DNA from: Acidobacteriota bacterium | GTDB taxonomy: Bacteria; Acidobacteriota; CAIWXX01 | NCBI GenBank assembly: GCA_040755995.1 | Contig: JBFMAF010000037.1 | Coordinates: 64,001-128,000, forward strand | Length of the DNA stretch: 64,000 nt | Direction of reading: 5' to 3' | Part shown: piece by piece, positions 21,373 through 31,502 of the stretch | Numbering within the stretch: position 1 is the first letter of the stretch | Layout: every line of letters begins with the position of its first letter | Position numbers and translations under genes: made by a program | Notes under the pieces: model-generated | Told to the model about the DNA's origin: nothing | Databases searched by the model: none | Seen by the model: only the letters and a program-made list of their open reading frames with translations

Positions 21373-21753
21373 ATGCTGAAGCACGCTATCTGCCTTCTGA
21401 CGCTCGCCCTCCTCTGTGGTTGCACCTCCGGCCCGAAGAAAGAGACCTACGCCGAAGGCGTGATTCGCCGCAACGCAAAGGTCAGGAACACCGGATCCGA
21501 CCTGAATCTGCGCAACATCGCGAAGGCGCTCGAAGACTACCACGCCGACAACGGCAACTACCCCGTCTGCGGTGACTACACGCAGTTGGAGCCCATGCTT
21601 TCGCCCGAACACATCCGCATCCTTCCGGCGAGGGATGCGTGGGGGTACCGGTATCGCTACTCCTCCGACGGCACGACCTACCGCCTGGCATCGGTCGGGT
21701 ATGATGGGCGCGAAGGCACGGCCGACGACATCGTCATCAGCAGTGGTGAATAG
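21373..21753 (+). CDS. Lipoprotein with GspG (T2SS pseudopilin G) C-terminal domain
   Basis: Lipobox LLCG-C; IAKALEDYHADNGNYP, DAWGYRYRY, SVGYDGREGTADDI. Confidence 0.75.
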   Translation: MLKHAICLLTLALLCGCTSGPKKETYAEGVIRRNAKVRNTGSDLNLRNIAKALEDYHADNGNYPVCGDYTQLEPMLSPEHIRILPARDAWGYRYRYSSDGTTYRLASVGYDGREGTADDIVISSGE

Positions 21754-21784
21754 GCGCGCTTCGCGAGATTCGAGATCGAGCCTG

Positions 21785-23053
21785 CTAGCGCAGGGCACCT
21801 GATGCCTGGCGCCTGATCAAGTCCTCGAAGAGTGCAATGGCATCCCGGGCCACGACTTCCCAGGAGAATTTCTCCAGAATCAGCCTCGTGGAGGCTTCGG
21901 CCATGCCCCTTCGCAGGTCCCGATTCAGCATTAGCGTTTCGATCTTGCGATGGATGCTATCCACCGACCCCGGCTCCGTCAGGAACCCATTCACACCCTC
22001 GACGATCTTGTCGGGGACCCCGCCAACAGCCGATGCGACCAGTGCACACTTGTGGGCCATGGCTTCCAGCGTAGCAATCGAGCTGCCTTCGTAGAGCGAC
22101 GGCAGACAGAACACGTCGGCGAGCTCATAGAGGTTGTGCAGTACGCTGTCGCCCACCGTTCCCAGGAAAACGACGCGCCCGTCCAGGCCGAGCTGGCGGC
22201 ACTGTGCGTGGAGGCGCGATGCATGCGATCCGTCTCCGACCAGAAACCACTTCCAGCTCGGCGGGACTGAGCGTGAGGCGGCTTCCGAGGAGCTCCCAGG
22301 GAGACGCGAGAGGGCCTCAAGCAGCACGTGGATGCCCTTGTTCTCCTCGAGTCTGGACACGGTGACGCCGATGCAGTCAGTCTCATGGAGCTCGAACTGC
22401 GACACCAGCGCCTCCTGCTCCGACTTCATTACAAATCGCCCGATCTCGTCGAGGTCGACGCCATTCCTGAGCACCCAGATGCGGTCCGTCTTCAGGTAGG
22501 CTCGCACCTCCGGCACCATGCAATCGTCCGTGGCGACGACACAGTTGGCGAGCCTGGCGGTGCGGCGGGCATAGAAGCGCAAGGGAGCGTATGCGAGCCA
22601 CTTGGGGCGGTTGAGCGTCTTGAACTCCTCCATCCCCTGCGGGTTGTGCACGAGCGGAGGCTTCAGGCGGCCGAGCCTCCTGCGGATGCCGTAGCCCAGC
22701 CCGGTGATGCCCTGAGAGTACACGATGTCCACCCTCCCGGCCTTCACCTCCCGCGCGACCAACCGTCCCATGCGCCCAGCCAGCCTGGGGTAGTTCAGCG
22801 CACGGTCCAGGATCACTGTCCCGCGCATCCGGCCGAGCGGCAGAAGACGGGCCTTCACGAACTGCACCGGGACGTCCACCTCCCTGTAAAACGGGAACGT
22901 GGCCTCTCGCCATCCCGACCGGGGCGGTGTGGTGTACAGGCTGAGCCCCACGCCAAGCCGCTTCAAGTGCTTCAGCAGATGGTAGATGTGCCGCTCACTC
23001 CCCCCGAACCCGTGATAGGGAAAGCAGACGCGGGTGAGGACCGCAACCCTCAT
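21785..23053 (-). CDS. Glycosyltransferase family 4
   Basis: GGAGG RBS; GGSERH, NGVD, SRLEENKG, PSLYEGSSIATLEAMA. Confidence 0.92.
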   Translation of the reverse strand: MRVAVLTRVCFPYHGFGGSERHIYHLLKHLKRLGVGLSLYTTPPRSGWREATFPFYREVDVPVQFVKARLLPLGRMRGTVILDRALNYPRLAGRMGRLVAREVKAGRVDIVYSQGITGLGYGIRRRLGRLKPPLVHNPQGMEEFKTLNRPKWLAYAPLRFYARRTARLANCVVATDDCMVPEVRAYLKTDRIWVLRNGVDLDEIGRFVMKSEQEALVSQFELHETDCIGVTVSRLEENKGIHVLLEALSRLPGSSSEAASRSVPPSWKWFLVGDGSHASRLHAQCRQLGLDGRVVFLGTVGDSVLHNLYELADVFCLPSLYEGSSIATLEAMAHKCALVASAVGGVPDKIVEGVNGFLTEPGSVDSIHRKIETLMLNRDLRRGMAEASTRLILEKFSWEVVARDAIALFEDLIRRQASGALR

Positions 23054-23127
23054 TCCCCTCCTCCGGAACTCTCTTCCTGCATCGAACGCAAAACTGTAAC
23101 ACCCACACACGCGGACGTCAAAGAGGT

Positions 23128-23238
23128 GACGTGGGGACGTGGGGACATGGAGACGCGGGGACGGGGAGAGGGGGGAGACGCGGAGATCCGGAGACACGGA
23201 GACACGGAGACGCGGGGATGTCGAGAGCCGAGACGGGG
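23128..23238 (+). repeat. Degenerate octamer tandem array (GACRCGGR-like, about 14 units)
   Basis: gacgtggg gacgtggg gacatgga gacgcggg ... gacacgga gacacgga gacgcggg in the divergent intergenic region. Confidence 0.8.
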
Positions 23239-23267
23239 CAGGCAAGCACTGATCGCGGGGTGAGGGC

Positions 23268-23296
23268 TTGAATCGCGCCGCCGCGCCGGATATAGT
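23268..23296 (+). promoter_or_regulatory. Sigma70-type promoter
   Basis: TTGAAT-N17-TATAGT, 8 nt before ATG 23305. Confidence 0.6.
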
Positions 23297-23304
23297 TCGG
23301 CACT

Positions 23305-24456
23305 ATGTGGACGGCATGCGCCAACAAGGCGCGCCACGGAAGGCAGTTTTGCACGGAAAATTGTCCGGCGCTGGTGCCCGACGGAGTGTTTTCGCATGTC
23401 CGTGTCGAGGCGTCGAACGATGTCCCTCCGGCCGACGAGCGGACCATCGACGTGGCGATCCTGGACATGTACCACGGCTGGCCCAACCTCGGGCATGACT
23501 CGCTGGTACACCTGGTTCGCGAAGCAAGCTGCGACTTGATGCCTCAGTTGAGGCGCGCCGGCCTTCTGGTTCGCGCAGTCTCCTACGAGGTGCGCAGGCG
23601 GTGCATGCTGCCGGAGCCCCCTGGAGGGCGGTTCGCCCTGTATCTCGGTACAGGCGGGCCCGGCCACCCAGACCCGCGACTGAACGATGGAGTATCCGCG
23701 GGAACTCAGGGCGTCCGCGAGAATCCGGCATGGGAAGCGCAGCTGTTTGCGCTCTTCGACGCTATTCGTTCGGACAAGAATGCTGCGCTACTGGCGGTCT
23801 GCCACACCTTCGAAGTCATGTGCCGGTGGTGCGGAATCGCCCGGCCCGTGCTGCGGGGGCCGAGCAAGGGCGGAAAGAGCAGCGGCGTGAAAGAAAACGT
23901 GCTCACGCCCGAGGCGCTCGACCATCCCTGGTTCGCACGACTGGCCGCCGACTCCTCCCTCGGGCGGCGCATCCGCATCTATGACAGCCGCTACTTCGAC
24001 ATGATTCCGGAAACGCACTCGGGGCGAAACGGCGTCGTTCGCATCGCGCATGAGGGGCTTCGACGGAACGCCCTGCCGGAGGCCGCGCTTACCATGATCG
24101 AGATAGCGCGCGACCCCGGTGGGCTCATCCCCCGAGTTTTCGCGGTGAACCACCACCCGGAGATCGTCGATCGCGCCCGCGAGCGCATGATCCTGGAGCA
24201 GAAGTACGCCGAGGGGGACGTGGCCGACGATTGGTATGACGAGCGAAAGCGTATGCTCACCCAGACGTATCCCGGAGAGAACAGCGAGCGCCTGCTGCAC
24301 CTGACCTCGATCTACACGCTGGTCGCGCCTCTGCGGTTCTATCTCTACCGGCAGATTCGCCAGAGATCCGAGGCCCTGGGGTTCCAGCTGGAGGTTCACG
24401 AAAAAGAGGTCGAGACCTTCGGCCGGCGGCCAACCGTCCCTCGGGTTTCCGGATGA
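23305..24456 (+). CDS. Class I glutamine amidotransferase-like protein
   Basis: VAILDMY, GTGGPG oxyanion strand, AVCH nucleophile elbow, NHHPE. Confidence 0.7.
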   Translation: MWTACANKARHGRQFCTENCPALVPDGVFSHVRVEASNDVPPADERTIDVAILDMYHGWPNLGHDSLVHLVREASCDLMPQLRRAGLLVRAVSYEVRRRCMLPEPPGGRFALYLGTGGPGHPDPRLNDGVSAGTQGVRENPAWEAQLFALFDAIRSDKNAALLAVCHTFEVMCRWCGIARPVLRGPSKGGKSSGVKENVLTPEALDHPWFARLAADSSLGRRIRIYDSRYFDMIPETHSGRNGVVRIAHEGLRRNALPEAALTMIEIARDPGGLIPRVFAVNHHPEIVDRARERMILEQKYAEGDVADDWYDERKRMLTQTYPGENSERLLHLTSIYTLVAPLRFYLYRQIRQRSEALGFQLEVHEKEVETFGRRPTVPRVSG

Positions 24457-25556
24457 CGCTGCCCTCGAGCACCAGGATCGGCTGGTTCTGCAGCTACACG
24501 CCCATCGAGATCATTCTCGCCGCGGGCCTGCGGCCCGCGCGAGTCTCAGGGCATTCGCAATCCATCCGCAAGGCGGACGGATACATGCACCGCAACCTGT
24601 GTCCGTATGTCCGGTCGTGCCTGGACGAGGCCCTCGACGGCCATCTGGATGATTTCGCCGGGGTCGTCTTCGTCAACTCCTGCGACGCCATGCGGCGTCT
24701 CTACGACGCATGGAGAAAGTACGTGGGGACGAAGTTCACCTTCTTGATCGATCTACCTCGCGAGCAGCGTGCCGAAGACTATGCCTACGTACGACGCGAG
24801 CTCAACCGGTTCAGGGCCGCGCTCGAAACCGCGTTCTCGATCGAGATTTCTGACGATTCGATAGCACGGGCCATCGATGAGCTGGAAGCTTCGCGTGATC
24901 TTCATCGACGTCTCCTTGATCTCAGGAAGACTCGCCCGCCCCGCCTCGGCGGCACTGAAGCAGCCGGCTTGAGCTCGCTGTTCTGCCATGGCGACTTCGT
25001 TGCGTGGAACGACGCGGCTCGGCGGCTGCTCGCCGGACGCACCCGGGCGGACTCCGCCGAGACCTCGGCCCCGGCCGGGCAAGATCCCGCGCACGCGCCC
25101 TCGCAGCAGGATCAGCGCAGGCCGCGCGTTGTGCTCGCCGGCAGCCCGATCCACGGCGGGGACACGTTTCGCCTCATCGAAGACTGCGGGCTCGATCTGG
25201 TCTATGACGACGTCTGTTCGGGAAGCCGCCTCTTCGATGTGCGTGTGGAGAAGAAATCGGACGTACTGCTGGACCTGGCCGGCGCCTACCTGAACAAGCC
25301 GCCGTGCGCGCGAATGCTGATGGTGGAGGAGCGGACGCGCAGGCTCGCGGATCTCGTCCGCGAGTTCAGCGCGGACGGCGTGATATATCACTCGCTCAAG
25401 TTCTGCGATACGAACCTCTACGACGCCCCCGTAGTGAAGCAGCATCTCGCTGAGGGGGGTATCCGCGCGCTGTTCATCGAGAGCGATGGGACGCCGGGAA
25501 GCTTTGGGCAGCTGCGCACGCGGATCGAGGCATTCGGAGAGATGATCGCCACCTGA
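24453..25556 (+). CDS. 2-hydroxyacyl-CoA dehydratase subunit (HgdB/FldC-like)
   Basis: CSYTPIEI, NLCPYVRS, NSCDAMRR, KFCD, QLRTRIEAF. Confidence 0.88.
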   Translation: MTLPSSTRIGWFCSYTPIEIILAAGLRPARVSGHSQSIRKADGYMHRNLCPYVRSCLDEALDGHLDDFAGVVFVNSCDAMRRLYDAWRKYVGTKFTFLIDLPREQRAEDYAYVRRELNRFRAALETAFSIEISDDSIARAIDELEASRDLHRRLLDLRKTRPPRLGGTEAAGLSSLFCHGDFVAWNDAARRLLAGRTRADSAETSAPAGQDPAHAPSQQDQRRPRVVLAGSPIHGGDTFRLIEDCGLDLVYDDVCSGSRLFDVRVEKKSDVLLDLAGAYLNKPPCARMLMVEERTRRLADLVREFSADGVIYHSLKFCDTNLYDAPVVKQHLAEGGIRALFIESDGTPGSFGQLRTRIEAFGEMIAT

Positions 25557-25571
25557 GGAGCCCCAACGACG

Positions 25572-26780
25572 ATGATGCAGGCGTACCTCGAGGACCTGGA
25601 GCGCGCTCTGAAGCAGAAGCTCGAAGAGAAGCCCACGGCGCGCCGCCGATTCGTGTACGAGATCGGCAGGCTCGGCACGAGGCTCTTCGACGGCCGCTGG
25701 TCGGTGGCCTGGACCACGGTGTTCGTGCCGTTTGAAATCCTCCACAGCATGGGTGTTGCCGGCAATTTCATCGAATTCGTTGGAGCCATGCTGGCCGGGA
25801 CGGGCGCGGGCTCACCGTTCCTCGAACGCGCCGAAGCGGCCGGCTACTCGACCGACAGCTGCTCGTATCATCGTGCGATTCTCGGGGCCGCGATGGAGCG
25901 TCTCATCCCGGACCCGCGCGTGCTTATCGGTGCCAGCTTCCCCTGCGACGGCGGGATCAAGGCGCTGAAGCGGATCGGGGAGCTTCATCACAAGGACGTC
26001 TTCCTCCTGCACATTCCTTTCGAGAGCACGCCCGAGGCGGTCGATTACCTCGCTGATCAATACAGGCGGATGGCCGAGCACATCACGGCGGCCACGGGCA
26101 AGACCCTGGACCTGGATATCTTGCGCGAGACCATTCGGCGCAGCAACCAGGCCCGCGAATACCTTGTGGAAGCTCTCGATTTCTGCAAGCGAGTGCCCTG
26201 CCCCGCCGACGCCCACGACCTGAAGAACTTCATCGTCTTCGTTCTGCTGCTCGGAACGCCGGAGGGGGTGGAGGTTGCCAGGATGTACCGGGACCAGTTC
26301 AAAGACCTGGCGGAACGTGGAGGCGGCGGTATGGCCGGCGAGAGGCACCGGCTGCTGTGGATTCAGAACCGGATCCAATTCAAGAACGACCTCATCCGCA
26401 TGCTCGAAGAGGAGTTCGGCGCCAACATCGTCATCGATGAGCTGAATCACGTCTACTGGGAGCCCATGGACGAGGCGGATCCGCTGCGGGGCCTGGCCAG
26501 ACGCATGATCACTCATCCGCTTCTCGGCCCAATCGACAGGCGGCTCGAGACGCTCAGCATGCTCGCCCGCGAATACCATGTCGACGGAGCGATCAACCCG
26601 GCGCACTGGGGGTGCAGGCAGAGCGGCGGCGCACGGCATATGTTCAAGGAAGCGCTGCAGAAGGTCGGTGTGCCGCTTCTACACCTCGACGTCGACTGTG
26701 TCGACGAGCGTAACTACTCGGAAGGACAGGTGCGCACGAGGCTCGAAGCGTTCATGGAGATGCTCGGAGACGGCAAGTGA
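25572..26780 (+). CDS. 2-hydroxyacyl-CoA dehydratase subunit (HgdA/FldB-like)
   Basis: DSCSYHR, PCDG, HWGCRQ, QVRTRLEAF. Confidence 0.88.
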   Translation: MMQAYLEDLERALKQKLEEKPTARRRFVYEIGRLGTRLFDGRWSVAWTTVFVPFEILHSMGVAGNFIEFVGAMLAGTGAGSPFLERAEAAGYSTDSCSYHRAILGAAMERLIPDPRVLIGASFPCDGGIKALKRIGELHHKDVFLLHIPFESTPEAVDYLADQYRRMAEHITAATGKTLDLDILRETIRRSNQAREYLVEALDFCKRVPCPADAHDLKNFIVFVLLLGTPEGVEVARMYRDQFKDLAERGGGGMAGERHRLLWIQNRIQFKNDLIRMLEEEFGANIVIDELNHVYWEPMDEADPLRGLARRMITHPLLGPIDRRLETLSMLAREYHVDGAINPAHWGCRQSGGARHMFKEALQKVGVPLLHLDVDCVDERNYSEGQVRTRLEAFMEMLGDGK

Positions 26781-27565
26781 GCTTCTACGCCGGCGTCGAC
26801 ATCGGCTCGCTCAGCACCGACACCGTCATCATCGACGACTCCGCGACAGTATTGGCCTGGGACGTTTCGCCCACCGGTGCCAACAGCAAGGCCGCCGCGG
26901 AGAGATCCTTCGCGCAGACCCTGGATCGCGCGCGCCTGTCCTCAGGCGACCTGGCCTACGTGGTGGCGACAGGCTACGGTCGCGTCAGCGTCCCGTTCTC
27001 GAACAAGACCGTCACCGAGATCACATGCCACGGTCGCGGCGCCTACGAGCTGTTTCCACGGACGAGAACGATCATCGACATCGGAGGCCAGGACAGCAAG
27101 GTGATCCGTATCGATGACGCCGGCAAGGTTGTGGACTTCGCCATGAACGACAAGTGCGCGGCAGGCACGGGCCGGTTCATCGAAGTGATGGCGAAGGCGC
27201 TCGAGGTTCCGCTCGACGACATGGGCCCCCTCTCGTTCAAGGCGGCGCAGCAGATCTCGATCAGCAGCATGTGCACGGTGTTCGCCGAGTCCGAGGTGAT
27301 CTCGCTGGTGGCCCAGGCCACCCCCAAGGAAGACATCATCAACGGGATCCACAACTCGATCTGCAACCGAATCTTCTCGATGCTCGAACGAGTCGGCGTC
27401 GAGCCGGAGATCACGATGACCGGCGGCGTCGCGAAGAACACGGCGGTAGTCGACAAGATCCGCCGGAGAGCCCGGGCCGAGATCAACGTGCCGCCCGAGC
27501 CGCAGATCGCCGGCGCGCTGGGCGCCGCCCTCGTCGCCCGCGACCTCGCGCTCAAGCGCGCGTGA
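26777..27565 (+). CDS. Acyl-CoA dehydratase activase (HgdC/BadF ATPase)
   Basis: GVDIGS, ATGYGR, EITCH, DIGGQDSK, MNDKCAAGTG, CTVFAESE. Confidence 0.95.
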   Translation: MSFYAGVDIGSLSTDTVIIDDSATVLAWDVSPTGANSKAAAERSFAQTLDRARLSSGDLAYVVATGYGRVSVPFSNKTVTEITCHGRGAYELFPRTRTIIDIGGQDSKVIRIDDAGKVVDFAMNDKCAAGTGRFIEVMAKALEVPLDDMGPLSFKAAQQISISSMCTVFAESEVISLVAQATPKEDIINGIHNSICNRIFSMLERVGVEPEITMTGGVAKNTAVVDKIRRRARAEINVPPEPQIAGALGAALVARDLALKRA

Positions 27566-27865
27566 CGGGCCGATGCGGTGCGCGCGCAGTATCGCGTAGC
27601 GGGCCACCGCGCTCGCCCTCCTGACCAACAAGGACTTGGTCGACGGCGGTCACCATCAGCGCTGTCCTGCATTGGGCCGGCTGCGTTCTCGTCCTCGCCG
27701 GAGTCGGGGCTCGCAAGTCCGCCGCGAACGCCTGACACTCGAACTGAATCGGCCGGCTCGGCGGCGCACGCGGGCGCAGCGAAAATAAACCAAGCCCGGC
27801 GCTTCGGGCTCTCATTAGTCGAGCGGCACCTGGTCCACGGAGACGCAGGTGCCAGGAGGCGTCCA

Positions 27866-29083
27866 ATGAAAGTGTCAAACAAGAGGCTCCTCAACGTCGC
27901 CTTCGGCACTACCATTCTCGCAGGTGCATTGGCAGTCTTTGCAGTCGCAGCCCGGGGAGCGCCGGCGAAGATTGCTCTCCCGGCGAGTTATCCGGATGTC
28001 GGCCTTGTGGTCTTGGGCCGCGCCGTCGGTGACAACGCGTGGTCCGCCGACGGAGAGTGGATCGGATTCCCGATGCGCGGCCCCCTCGACTGGCGTATGC
28101 ACGTCTGGAAGATCCACCCTGACGGAACCGGGGCGGTCAGCCTGACGCGGAAGCCCGGCGCGGCGCCGAGGAGCGCAGGCGGGGTCGCCTTTCGACCTTC
28201 GGGTGACTTCATAGTCTTTGTCCGGGAGAACGACGACGTCAGAGGAACCGTCGCGCGTGCTCTCGCCGAACCGGGCATCGGGCTGAACTGCAATCTCTGG
28301 GCGATGACGCCCGACGGCGGGAAGTCATGGCAGCTTACGAACCTGCCGACCAGCTACGTGGCGCCTCGCGGGTTCATCCATCCCCAGTTCTCGCATGACG
28401 GGAAGAAGCTCTGCTGGGCCGAAGCCTTGGGCAAGTTCTCCAATCAGGACGAGACGATGGCCTGGGGCGCGTGGGCGGTCGGCGTTGCAGACTTCGCCGT
28501 TGAGAATGGCACTCCGAAACTCACGCGGATCCGGCGCTTCGCCCCCGGCGAGCAGCCCTGCTTCTACGAGACGCATGACTGGTCGCCGGACGACGCGAAG
28601 ATCCTATTCACCGGCAACCTTCAGGAAGCGCAGCCCGCCAACGGGCTGGACCTTTACCAGTTCGACGTAACCACGCAGAAGCTCACTCGGCTGACGGCTA
28701 CGCGCGACGATTGGGACGAGCATGCCCACTTCTCGCCGGATGGAATGAGGATCGCCTGGATGAGCGGCTCCGGTCTGAACGTCAAGTTCCCAACCGCCAG
28801 ATGGCCGTACTGGGTGAAGTACGTGAAGACCGAGCTCTGGATAATGAACAGCGACGGCAGCGGACAGCACGCCATCACATCGTTCAACGAGCCGTGGACT
28901 GCTGACTACAGGTGGCTGCGGCGCGTCGTCGGCAGCACTGACCGCGCCGTCGTGTCGGACAGCTCGTGGAGTCCGGACGGGAAGAAGCTCGCCTTCACGC
29001 TCGCGTACGAGGCGGCGATCCCCGGCGGCATCAACTCCATACTCGTTATCATGGACCTGTCGAAGCGGAACATCACCTACTAG
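27866..29083 (+). CDS. Secreted TolB-like/PD40 beta-propeller protein
   Basis: Signal-like N-terminus; WSADG, FSHDG, WSPDD, FSPDG, WSPDG repeats. Confidence 0.8.
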   Translation: MKVSNKRLLNVAFGTTILAGALAVFAVAARGAPAKIALPASYPDVGLVVLGRAVGDNAWSADGEWIGFPMRGPLDWRMHVWKIHPDGTGAVSLTRKPGAAPRSAGGVAFRPSGDFIVFVRENDDVRGTVARALAEPGIGLNCNLWAMTPDGGKSWQLTNLPTSYVAPRGFIHPQFSHDGKKLCWAEALGKFSNQDETMAWGAWAVGVADFAVENGTPKLTRIRRFAPGEQPCFYETHDWSPDDAKILFTGNLQEAQPANGLDLYQFDVTTQKLTRLTATRDDWDEHAHFSPDGMRIAWMSGSGLNVKFPTARWPYWVKYVKTELWIMNSDGSGQHAITSFNEPWTADYRWLRRVVGSTDRAVVSDSSWSPDGKKLAFTLAYEAAIPGGINSILVIMDLSKRNITY

Positions 29084-29224
29084 AGTCCGCCAGCCGACGA
29101 CCTCAGCTCCGACACGATGTTCGAGGATCGCGGCTGTAGTCCGTATTCCGCTCCAGATCCAATCTTCGACCCGGATCAAATGCGACGACGCGGAAGGGCC
29201 CTGTGCCCGCGCAGCCCTCCGCCA

Positions 29225-29885
29225 GGCTACCGCCAACTCGCCCGCTCGAAAGCCGGCGGCGATGGAGGATGCGCTGAGCGAGGTTCGAAACTCGACCTCG
29301 TCGAGCCTGGCCTGCGGGCCTCTCCAGTACGCCGGGCTCTTGCGCATAAGGACATGGTCGGCGGAACGGGAAGCGATCTCGAAGGGTCCCGTACCTCGCG
29401 GCGCGGGAGGCTCGCCAACTTCGGCCTCAGCTTTCTCAGAGAGGGCCGCAGTCGGCCCGGCTGTGCAGATACCCGTCAACGAATCCGTGAGCAGAGCTGG
29501 GTAGATAAGGAGAGGTTCGACCAGCCGGACTTCAAGCTTGCCGTCGGAATGAACGATGCATCCTGCGAGCTCACGGGCTTACCCGGCAGCCGATGAGCGA
29601 GCGCAAAGTCCTGCCGCTCAGGATCGGCATCACGAGGAACAGCGCACCTTCGTGCTGGCCGAGGTCGTGAATCGCGACGATTGCCGGATGATCCATCTGC
29701 GCGACGATCTGGGCTTCCCGGCGGAATCGCTCCTCGGCCACCGGCGTCAGCAGCGCCGGGGCGAGCAGCTTCACGGCGACTTCGCTTCGCAAGACGGGAT
29801 CCCAGGCCCGGTAGACGACGCCCATGCCGCCGCGGCCGAGCTCATCCTGAATCTCGTACCTGGCACCCAGCCGCGCGCCGATCAT
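29225..29885 (-). pseudogene. Deleted remnant: Ser/Thr kinase N-lobe joined to a family-5 solute-binding fragment
   Basis: RYEIQDELGRGGMGVVY...VAVK...ERFRREA...HPAIV stops at 29571; another frame gives GTGPFEI...YWRG...LDEVEF. Confidence 0.7.
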
Positions 29886-30155
29886 CGCTGAGATCCTTGG
29901 AGGGGGCGTGCAGATCCATCATGCAGCAGTCGGCCTGCGGCGGCGGGCGACAGGATTCCTTCGATCATTCTCATTTTAGGTCCCCGCTCAAGCGTGGCCT
30001 CAGGGCCATCTGCTCTTGGGCGCCGGTTGAGTCCGAAACCCGTGGCGGAACGCCAGGCCGGGATACCGCCTGAGTCAAATATACGCCGCCTCGCCACAGG
30101 TTTCACCTGCGTGCGTGGCCCGACGGCGTGAGGCCGCGCCTCGGTGGAGGCGCGA

Positions 30156-31343
30156 TCATGCGATCCACGCGGCTGCGGGACTGCTAAGGAATTCCTCCAG
30201 CGGGATACCTTGCCCACCGACGAGCAACTTGCGCCGGGGCGCAAACCGCCTGGCGAATGCATCCATTCCTGGGAGCGATCCCGGTGTCCGTCCGCTTTTC
30301 ACCTCAATGGCCACGGTCGTCCGGCCTCGGCTCAAGACGAAGTCCACTTCATGGTTCCCCTCGCGCCAGTAGGTCACCTCGATGTTCGTGCCGAGGGTGG
30401 TGTTCAGCAGATGAGCCCCGACGGTCGACTCAACCAGGCGTCCCCAGTGATCCCGGTCTGCCTGAGCCTCGGCCGGTGTCCGCGCGTCTTGCGCGGTCGT
30501 CAAGGCGTTGTTCATCACCTGGAATTTTGGGCTCGAGCCACGCTGTCGCACCACACTGCCCGCGAACTTCTCGATGCCGGCGAGCATGCCTGCGCCTTTC
30601 AGGAGCTCCAAGTAATGAGCAAGGGTCACTGTGTTTCCGGCATCCGTGAGCTGTCCCAGCATCTTCTGGTACGACAGGACCTGTCCAGAGTAACGGCACC
30701 CCAAATGGAACAGACGACGAAGGAGTGCAGGCTTATCCACTCGAGTCAGCAGCAGGATGTCGCGTGAGATGGTCGTCTCAATCAGAGAGTCGACGATGTA
30801 ACTACGCCACCTTTCGGGTGTAGTGATGAGTTCCGCGGAACCGGGATAGGCACCGAAGAACACGTACTCTTCAAGACTCAAGCCGAACGCTTCCCGCATC
30901 TCGCCGAACGACCAGTGTGGGATGACGATGATTTCGAAGCGGCCGGCCAGGCTCTCCACCAAACCCCGTTTGACCAGCAGAGGGGCCGAGCCCAGCAGCA
31001 CCACCTTGAGTGGCACGCGAGCCTGCGTGTCCGCGTCCCAGAGTCGCTTCACCACATCCGACCAGCCGGGAACCTTGTGGATTTCGTCGAGAATCAGCAG
31101 GCCGCCAGAGCCGCTGTTGCGCGCTCTCAGCCGAGCGATGTCCCATTGCTGCTCGATCCAGGCCCGATCCCTTAGTGTCGGCTCATCGGCGGACGAGTAG
31201 TGGGCTGGCAGAACGGATGCGTCCATGACCTGCCTGGCCAGCGTGGTCTTGCCGGTCTGTCGCGGCCCGGCCAGCACCTGAAGAAAGCGACGCCGCTCGC
31301 CAAGCCGCTTCGAAAGCTCATCGAAGTACACTCGACGAATCAT
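30156..31343 (-). CDS. AAA_14 ATPase with DUF4143 domain
   Basis: GPRQTGKT, LDEIH, LLGSA, ESLAGR, GAYP, YWRE...EVDFV...IEVKSG. Confidence 0.9.
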   Translation of the reverse strand: MIRRVYFDELSKRLGERRRFLQVLAGPRQTGKTTLARQVMDASVLPAHYSSADEPTLRDRAWIEQQWDIARLRARNSGSGGLLILDEIHKVPGWSDVVKRLWDADTQARVPLKVVLLGSAPLLVKRGLVESLAGRFEIIVIPHWSFGEMREAFGLSLEEYVFFGAYPGSAELITTPERWRSYIVDSLIETTISRDILLLTRVDKPALLRRLFHLGCRYSGQVLSYQKMLGQLTDAGNTVTLAHYLELLKGAGMLAGIEKFAGSVVRQRGSSPKFQVMNNALTTAQDARTPAEAQADRDHWGRLVESTVGAHLLNTTLGTNIEVTYWREGNHEVDFVLSRGRTTVAIEVKSGRTPGSLPGMDAFARRFAPRRKLLVGGQGIPLEEFLSSPAAAWIA

Positions 31344-31348
31344 ACTAA

Positions 31349-31396
31349 TTACTCAGTGTTCTGAGTAAATTTACTCTGGATCAAAGGCGAAGTCAA
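31349..31396 (-). promoter_or_regulatory. Promoter with overlapping operator-like palindromes
   Basis: TTGACT-N17-TAAATT; TTACTCAG-tgtt-CTGAGTAA and GAGTAAATTTACTC palindromes. Confidence 0.65.
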
Positions 31397-31502
31397 GAGC
31401 CGGGGCGGCATGGCGGCATAGGGGACGAGATCGGGTCCGAGAGGTCGAAGTCGCCGAGCCTCTGTAGCCCGCCGATGCGTCGCGCCCTCTTTCGCGACGA
31501 GC

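Noticed and set aside
23128..23238. CRISPR array
   Set aside because: Contiguous 8-mers without spacers; no cas genes
29940..30150. tRNA or riboswitch in intergenic DNA (also 48700-48960, 57130-57360)
   Set aside because: No cloverleaf, T-loop or recognisable Rfam motif by eye; an Infernal scan would settle it
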